DNA of 64,000 nucleotides, taken from contig OX597817.1 of NCBI GenBank assembly GCA_951406725.2, forward strand, positions 58,094,001 through 58,158,000. The letters are read 5' to 3'. This document shows, piece by piece, positions 55,374-64,000 of this stretch. The notes under the pieces were generated by a model, which saw only the letters and a program-made list of their open reading frames with translations, did not search any database and was not told the DNA's origin. This DNA comes from Octopus vulgaris (taxonomy: Eukaryota). Both the position numbers and the translations under genes were made by a program. The number at the start of each line of letters is the position of its first letter. Positions within the stretch are counted from its first letter, which is position 1.

Positions 55374-56368
55374 TATTATTCCTTTAGATTTTGTCACAAG
55401 GTCAGCAATTTTTAGGGGGCAGTGGCTAGTCAATTACATTGACCCCAGGATGGGTGTTTTCTAAAAAGATAAACAGATAAAAACCGTAACAAGTAGAGAT
55501 GAATACCTTGCTCAAGTATTTTCTGATTTCATTGATGAAATACAGGTTTTCTAAAGCAGTTTTTTAATAATACTACCATCACCACATGTTATTTCTAGTT
55601 ATGTTAGATTAGTTAATGCTTTGTGTTGTAGTAAATTGATTTAACACAGACTTGGCTATTGTTTTTTTCAGGCAGAGGATGACTCTGAATTAATTATTTA
55701 ACAATCTTATTTGCCCTCTTCCTTTATCCTTGTCATCATCATCATCATCATCATCACCACCCTCTTCCTGTTCTTTTATATCTGTTGTTCCTTGCTGGCA
55801 CGACTTTTCAAAGCAGTGTCTAACAGATGGATGCACTTTCTGAGGCCAACCTTTCACTCTGCAGGAATATGCTGTACATCATCATCATCATCATTATCAT
55901 CATCATCGTTTAAGGTCCGTTTTTTGATGCTGGCATGGGTTGGACGGTCCAACAAGAGCTGGTGAGCCAGAACACGGGTCCAAACACCCTGTTTTGGCAT
56001 GGTTTCTACAGTTGGATGCCCTTCCTAATGCCAATCACTTTGTAGAGTGTGGACTGGGTGCCTTTTAGGTGGGACCTGCACTAGTGATGTCGGGTGAGTA
56101 GTATTGAGGGAGGTGGCTTTATGCCAAGTGTTAAGAGGTTAAAGCATGATAGAGGGACAAAAAATAGATGTCTTATAGTTATGGAAAACACAGTTACCTT
56201 TGTGAAGTATATTTTCCACTTAAATGTGGCTAACCCTTAAGAGTTGATGCTACTGTAGCTTGTAGCCTCAGGAGGACATCTCCTCCAGCTGGCTGTTGAT
56301 ACACTATCTGTGCCCTATCAGTATTTTCAAAGGGAAGTCATCCTTCCCATCTCCAGCCTGACGTGATA

Positions 56369-56413
56369 CACACGGACCTGGGTTTCTGGATATTGACCCA
56401 TCGTCAGCATGTG
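56369..56413 (-). ncRNA. Type I hammerhead ribozyme, intact core, GUC cleavage triplet
   Basis: Minus strand: cacatg-CTGACGA-tggg(tcaata)tcca-GAAA-cccagg-TC-cgtgtg. Stem I 6 bp, stem II 4 bp, short near-palindromic stem III. Confidence 0.8.
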
Positions 56414-56698
56414 ACAACCACCGGTTGGCGATGTGAAGTGGTTCCATATGTGAAGTGGTTCCAATGTGAAGTGGTAAATATACTTCACAATGTCGTGCAG
56501 CTACTGTTTATACCTTGCTCAGAAATTTATTATTGACCTTTGACCTTTGACCTTTCTTGCAAAAGAGAGAAGTAGGTTGTGAAGATGGATCAAGGGTATA
56601 CCTCCAAGTTACAGGAATATGAATATAAGAGAAGTGAACCAGAGAATTGGACAGGGAAATGGGTCTGTTCTAAATATTATAACATACATGGTATAACT

Positions 56699-56956
56699 CA
56701 GTGGTTCTCAGCTGGGGTCAACATGATCATTGGGGGGCCCACAGACGGTCTTGTTGCTAAAATTTATGTGCAATAAACTGGTTATGCATCTATGATAAAT
56801 AAAATATTTAAACAATTTTTTTTATACGATTCCAAATAATATTTAATTATAAAAATATAATATGCTTATTTTAAAACATTGAATGGCTATGGGGTTCCAC
56901 CTGGGTAAAATAGGAATTAAAGGAGTTCCTAGGTAAAAAATGGTCGAGAACCACTG
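56699..56956. mobile_element. hAT-type MITE
   Basis: TIR cagtggttctc / gagaaccactg. Confidence 0.7.
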
Positions 56957-56984
56957 GTATTCACTGGAATATACAGAATACAAT

Positions 56985-57393
56985 AAAGATTGTTTGCCAA
57001 CATAACATGGCAGTCCTGGCTTAGGACGAATGTTGCTGTAATTTAGCTCCAGGAGACATCGTCTCCAGCTGGCTATACAACATGATCCGTGTCCTTATAT
57101 TTTCAAACAAGGGAATCTAGCACCCCCACTCAGCTCTAAACAATATCTGTGTATTGCGATTTCTGGGTTATTTCCCTTCATCAGCATAGAATAATTGTTT
57201 GGCTAGAGGTGGTGCTGATAATTTCCCCATTCAAAATATGTAGTTTTCAAAATGACAACTAGTCACTGATTTATAAATTAGAAAATTACTAGTTTTTAAA
57301 TCTACAACGAGAGATATACAGCAACAGTATTTTGTAGGAAAGATTGTTTGCTATACACAGAAATTTGCGACACACAGATATTGTTTTGAGCTG
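56985..57393 (-). mobile_element. 354-bp retrozyme-like unit with terminal redundancy and a short inverted fragment
   Basis: aaagattgtttgc at 56985 and again at 57339; 57358-57393 is an inverted copy of the hammerhead 3' half and its flank. Confidence 0.75.
57146..57190 (-). ncRNA. Type I hammerhead ribozyme in the 354-bp unit
   Basis: tctatg-CTGATGA-aggg(aaataa)ccca-GAAA-tcgcaa-TA-cacaga; comparison with the 40-kb copies suggests a palindromic stem III ATCGCGAT. Confidence 0.68.
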
Positions 57394-57686
57394 GTGATGG
57401 TGATGATGGTAGTGGTGGTGGTGATGGTGCTGGTAGTAGTGGTGGTGCTGATGGTGGTGGTGCTGATGGTGGTGGTGCTGGTGCTAGTGGTGGTGGTGAT
57501 GGTGGTAGTGGTGATGGTTGGTGGTGATGATGGTGATGGTGGAGGTGCTGGTGGTAGTGGTGGTGGTGATGGTGGTGGTGGTGGTGGTGGTGGTGGTGGT
57601 GGAGGTGGTGGTTGTGCTGGTGATGGTGGTGATGGTGGTGGTAGTGCTGGTGGTGGTGCTAGTGGTGATGGTGGTGATGGTGGTAG

Positions 57687-57717
<31 letters not shown>

Positions 57718-58410
57718 GGTGGTGGTTGTGCTGGTGATGGTGGTGATGGTGGTGGTAGTGCTGGTGGTGGTGCTAGTGGTGATGGTGGTGATGGTGGTAG
57801 TGGTGGTGGTGGTGGTGGTGGTGGTGGTGGTGATGGTGGTGATGGTGGTGGTGGTGATGGTGGTGGTGGTGGTGATGGTGGTGGTGCTGGCGCTGGTGGT
57901 GGTGCTGGTGGTAGTGGTGCTGGTGGTGGTGGTGGTAGTGGTGGTTGTGGTGGTGGTGATGGTGCTGGTGGTAGTGGTGGTGGTGGTGGTGGTGCTGATG
58001 GTGGTGCTGATGGTGGTGGTGGTGGTGGTGGTGGTGATGGTGGTGGTGATGGTGATGGTGGTGATGGTGGTGGTGGTGGTGGTGGTGGTGGTGGTGGTGG
58101 TGGTGGTGATGGTGCTGGCGCTGGTGCTGGTGCTGGTGGTGGTGGTGCTGATGGTGGTGGTGGTAGTGGTGGTTGTGGTGGTGGTGGTGGTGATGGTGCT
58201 GGTGGTAGTGGTGGTGGTGGTGGTGCTGATGGTGGTGGTGGTGCTGGTGGTGGTGGTGGTGGTGGTGGTGGTGGTGGTGGTGGTGGTGGTGATGGTGGTG
58301 CTGCTGGTGGTGGTGGTAGTGGTGGTGGTGCTGATGGTGATGGTGGTGATGCTGGTGGTGGTGCTGGTGGTGATGGTGGTGCTGGTGGTTGTGGTGGTGT
58401 GGTGGTTGTT
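57391..58410. repeat. ~1-kb (GGT)n-derived repeat with higher-order internal duplications
   Basis: Seen directly; gives poly-Gly/Pro/Val ORFs in several frames. Confidence 0.92.
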
Positions 58411-58628
58411 ATGTTGAGATGGTAACGATGCCTCACAGCAAACTTCAGTTTTAAATAGCCATTCTGAAATCGAAAGATTATCTGGAGATCATGAAAGGTT
58501 ACTAAAGTCCACCAGTACACATAAACACACACACACATATGGACATATCAATATCTAAGATATATTTGTGTGGGTGTGCGTAATAAAGATACATAATAAC
58601 TGAAACAAGTAAAAGATAAAATGTGTGT

Positions 58629-58672
<44 letters not shown>

Positions 58673-58674
58673 TC

Positions 58675-59530
58675 GACAGAGTATAAGTACTTTGAGAGAA
58701 AAGTTGGACCTAAGAAGCATCAGATGAGGTGTGCAAGAGAGACAACTGCGTTGGTATGGCCATGTGGTGAGAATGGATGTGGATAGCTGTGTGAAAAAGT
58801 GCCACACACTAGTGGTTGAGGGAACCTGTGGAAGAGGTAGACCCAGGAAAACCTGGGATGAGGTGGTGAAGCATGACCTTCAAACATAGGGCCTCACCGA
58901 AACAATGACTAGTAACCAGGACCTTTGGAGGTGTGCTGTGCTTGAGAGGACTCGGCAAGCTCAAGTGAGATCATAACCTTGTGGTCTATGCCAGGGGTGT
59001 AACCAGCCCACTTATATAATGTGTACCTTTCCTTTATTGGACACTAAATTCTGCTTGCAAAGACCTGTTGAGGCAAGTGAAATCGAAATCGAAACCAAAT
59101 TCGATGACTGGCATCCGTGCTAGTGTAGCACTAAGAGTACCATCTGAGTGTGATCATCGTTAGAGCAACAAACTGGCTTCCATGCCGGTGGCATGTAAAA
59201 AGCACAATTCGAGCATTATTGTTACCTGCGTCACCTTACTGGCACTTGTGCTGGAGGCACGTGAAAAACATTTGAGCGAGGTCATTGCCAGTACCACTAG
59301 ACTGGGTCCTGTGCAGGTGGCACATGAAAAATACCATTTGAGCATGTCATTGCCAATATCGCCTGACTGGCCCTCGTGCTGGTGGCATGTAAAAGCACTC
59401 ACTACACTCACGGAGTGGTTGGCGTTAGGAAGGGCATCCAGCTGTAGAAACTCTGCCAGATCAGATTAGAGCCTGGTTCGTCCAACCCATGCTAGCATGG
59501 AAAGCGGACATTAAATGCTGCTGCTGCTGC
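58675..59530 (+). mobile_element. RTE-type LINE 3' end: ORF C-terminus plus 3' UTR. The same 3' UTR, usually with a (GAT)n tail, recurs at ~29435, 31443, 34790, 35730, 38254(-), 42180, 42645(-), 48500, 54323(-), 55876(-)
   Basis: LREKLDLRSIR*GVQERQLRWYGHVVRM...GRGRPRKTWDEVVKHDL, then ...gttggcgttaggaagggcatccagctgtagaaac... Confidence 0.85.
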
Positions 59531-59586
59531 TGATATATATCTATATATATATATATATACACACACACATATATATATATATGTGT

Positions 59587-59634
<48 letters not shown>

Positions 59635-60854
59635 GTATGTACAAATATATGTATGTATGTATGTGTGTGTATGTGTATGTGCGTGTGTGTGTGTGTATCT
59701 TTTGCTGCTGCACGTACAGGTAAAGGATGTATTCCTTGGCAAGGAAGCCAAATGCTCTGAGACCAATGTAATTGCACCTAGTTACAAACACACTTTCTCA
59801 CAACCGTTGCTCTCATAAGTACAGTCATAAAACCACCACAAATTAGTGATCACACCCTCTCTCCCACCTACCCACCCCTTTTGGCAACTGACCTGTAACA
59901 AGCAACCTTGTCATTCACCAATTCCAATATAAGCCTAAAAAGAAATAAATAAATAGGTCCAGGTGTGGCTGTGTGGTAAGAAGTTTGCTTCCCAACCCTG
60001 TAGGCCTGGGTTCAACTCCAATGCACAGCACTTTTGAGCAAGTGTCTTCTACTATAGCTTTAGATTGATTAAAGGCTTGTGAGTGGCTTCAGTAGAGGGA
60101 AACTGAAAGAAGCCCATCATGTATATGTGTGTGTGTGTGTGTGTTTGAGTCTGTATTTGTCTCCTCCCATTGCTTGACAAATGGTGTTGGTGTAATAGCG
60201 ATTTAGCAAAAGAGATTGATAGAATTTGTACCAGGCCTTTTAAAAAGAAATAATAACAATAAGTCCAGGGGGCAACTCGTTTGAGTAGAGTTTTTCAAGG
60301 TGGTGCCCCAGCATGGCCACAGTCTAGTAACTGAGACAAGTAAAATATAAAAGATAAAACAAAACAAAAAAATGATTCCATTAGTTAATGCTAATGACCA
60401 AATCATGTTTTGACCATTGTAACACGGCTGCCTCATTGGTCACTACAGGTCAGCAAAGGAAGCTCTAAATATGTGACCATCACCACATAATGTTTCCCTC
60501 CAATCACTGACAGTTTCTTGATACTCTTTCAGAAACCACTGAACTGTGAGTCTGAAAGGTCAGAAAATAAGTTACCAAAAATAGCCTCATTAATATTTCA
60601 ATGGAGAATCAGGTTGACCGGTGGTAGTAGTGGTGGGGATTTTGTCCTTCTTTTTCTTTCTTTTTTATTTTGTTTTGTAGTTTTAGTTTTTTGTTTTTTA
60701 TATATGTATACATATATGTATATATATTTTATTTCTGGTTGTCTTTTTTAACAAACAATCTTTATTACATAATTATAGCGGATATTACGCATCTACACAA
60801 CAAAAGACACATTTATTTCTATGTAAGGGAATAAATGTGTATGTTTATGCTAAT

Positions 60855-61270
<416 letters not shown>

Positions 61271-62589
61271 ATACACACATCTATTTATCTTCATTTCCCT
61301 TTTCTTTCTGTTTCTTTCTCTCTCAGCTTTTTTCTCTTTTTCCACATGCAGATGTGTGTATGTGTGTGTGTGCATGTGTGTGTCCATTCGTCCATCTATC
61401 TACTTATCTATCTATCAATCTTACTGTCTGTCTAACTAACTATTGAGAAAGCGAGATTTGTGTGTGTGTGTGTGTGTGTATAGAAGCTGCATAGTTTAAT
61501 GACCAAGGTATTTAGCTTGTGATAAGGTGAGATGGCAGAATCATTAGCATGCCGGGCGAAATACTTAGCAGTATTTTGTCTGCCACTACGTTTTGAGTTC
61601 AAATTCCGCCGAGGTCAACTTTGCCTTTCATCCTTTTGGGGTCAATTAAATAAGTACCAGTTACGCTCTGGGGTCGATATAATCGACTTAATCCGTTTGT
61701 CTGTCCTTGTTTGTCCTCTCTGTGTTTAGCCCCTTGTGGGTAGTAAAGAAATAGGTATTTCGTCCGTCTTTATGATCTGAGTGCAAATTCCGCAGAGGTT
61801 GACTTTGCCTTTCATCCTTTCGGGATCAATTAAATAAGTACCAGTTTGGCATTAGGGTCAATGTAATCGACTTAACCCCTTTGTCCTTGTTTGTCCCCTC
61901 TATGTTTAGCCCCCTGTGGGCAATAAAGAAATAGAGGTACAAAGTCACCCTGCATTTATATAAGGGTGAGTGGGAGGAACTAGAAAGAAGACAAGAAGTG
62001 ATGGTGGTGGTGGTGGAATGGTGAAGCATCCCAAGATACAGAGGATTATGAAGGGTGGGTTGAGGTGAATGTAACGAGTGAGGGTGAGAGATATGAGTGG
62101 CTCAGGGGTGGGGGTGGGGTGGCTATGGTAAGTGGGATGTGATGGCAGGTGCAGGAAGGCGGAGGGCATTGAGAGTGATAGCATGTGAGAGGAAAGTGAA
62201 ATGTTAAGAATGGAGTCCAGCTGAGGAGAGCAATGGCTGAGGGCAGAGAAAAGAGATGATTGATGGGAGATAGTGTGGGCAGAGATGAGGATGAAACATG
62301 GAAGTGGTTCCGGGAAGGAAGCAATGTAATCTGTGCCAATTTCTGTTCTCAGATGATGACAGCAGCCAAGTAGAAATTTATGGTTTGTTTTTGAGGTAAG
62401 AACCCAACAGATTTTTTTAGTTTACTTTATTCTTAACTCCAAACGTTGTAACATAATTCAAATGGCTTTAAATTTGCAGTTTGATATTTTTTAATAAATA
62501 TAAAGCCATAGAAAAGGAAAGTAGTATAATAAAATTGGGAAGTGGTGGTTGTTGAGTTATGAAATGTGGGGGGAGATGCTTGACAGAGC

Positions 62590-63215
<626 letters not shown>

Positions 63216-64000
63216 AAAAGGCCTTGTTCTTTTAGTAGAAAGGATTATTTAACAAGGTCCTGAATTCCTTGTATGTTTGGTGAAAGATGGTGTAGTTGTG
63301 GCTGAAATTCCGTTTTTATTAAAGGGCCTGACTGGACGATAATAACCACAAAAAAAAAAAATGCCAGAAAAACAGTAATAACAACAACATCAACACCAAT
63401 AGAAGTATAAGAGTAAAATCATACAATAACAAAAAAGACTGTAAATTCAGCTTCTAATAAAAAAATGGAATCAATAAGGAGAAGATCTGTAGACGAAATA
63501 CCTATTTCTTTATTACCCACAAGGGGCTAAACACAGAGAGGACTAACAAGGACAGACAAACGGATTGTGTCGATTATATTGACCCCAGTGCGAACTGGTG
63601 CTTTATTTATCGACCCCGAAAGGATGAAAGGCAAAGTCGACCTCGGCGGAATTTGAACTCAGAACGTGGTGGCAGACGAAATACCTCTAAGTATTTCGCC
63701 CGGTGTGCTAACGTTTCTGCCAGCTCACCGCCTGAATGCTAGTCATACCACTATGTGCAGAGTAAAACAGATGAAAATAAAGATGACAAAGATGACAATG
63801 GTGGTGGTGGTGGTCTTGGTGATGATTGTAGTGGTAGCAATGAATGTTGAGACCAATCCATCTTGTTTTGATATAAGCTACATATAAAGACGTTCTTAGA
63901 AGATCCTCTTAACTGCTTTTTGATACCAACCAACTTAAAACCAATTCTGGTGGTGATTCTTTGATATAAAACCTATTGTTTTAAGGTATTTTTTATGTAA

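Noticed and set aside
57351-58538. 395-aa poly-Pro, 343-aa poly-Gly and 299-aa poly-Val ORFs; tempting as a polyglycine substrate near a polyglycine-hydrolase-like gene
   Set aside because: A (GGT)n expansion open in several frames on both strands, with no convincing splice signals or unique domain; the proximity is most likely coincidence.
59160-59410. Regularly spaced ggtggcacgtaaaaagcac repeats resembling a CRISPR array (also at 29440 and 54500)
   Set aside because: The spacers are related to each other, the repeats lie in an RTE LINE 3' UTR of a eukaryote, and there are no cas genes.

Overview
Eukaryotic, AT-rich, microsatellite- and retroposon-dense DNA. The repeat landscape suggests an octopus/coleoid cephalopod genome; this is inference, not a database hit. 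One protein-coding gene can be reconstructed: six coding exons on the minus strand (35217..26722, 660 aa, all introns GT-AG and phase-compatible). It encodes a serine beta-lactamase/PBP-like hydrolase (SISK, YSN, HTG motifs) fused to five C-terminal ~50-aa repeats resembling the BTRD1/polyglycine-hydrolase repeat. The rest is tRNA-derived SINEs, LINE remnants (RTE, CR1, R4/Dong-like), Penelope GIY-YIG fragments, mariner/maT/Tigger/hAT/Helitron remnants and simple repeats. Nearly all ORFs in the supplied track are microsatellite artefacts. The most interesting non-coding signal is a set of hammerhead-ribozyme-bearing short elements: an intact GUC hammerhead at 56369-56413, a 354-bp circularly permuted retrozyme-like unit (56985-57351 and a TSD-flanked inverted dimer at 40399-40968), and a tRNA-headed hammerhead element that is also the terminal repeat of a Penelope element. 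Also notable are a minisatellite that multiplies a splice donor of the gene, a near-identical ABABA 840-bp array, and several local inverted duplications. All analysis was done by eye, so transposon boundaries are approximate.
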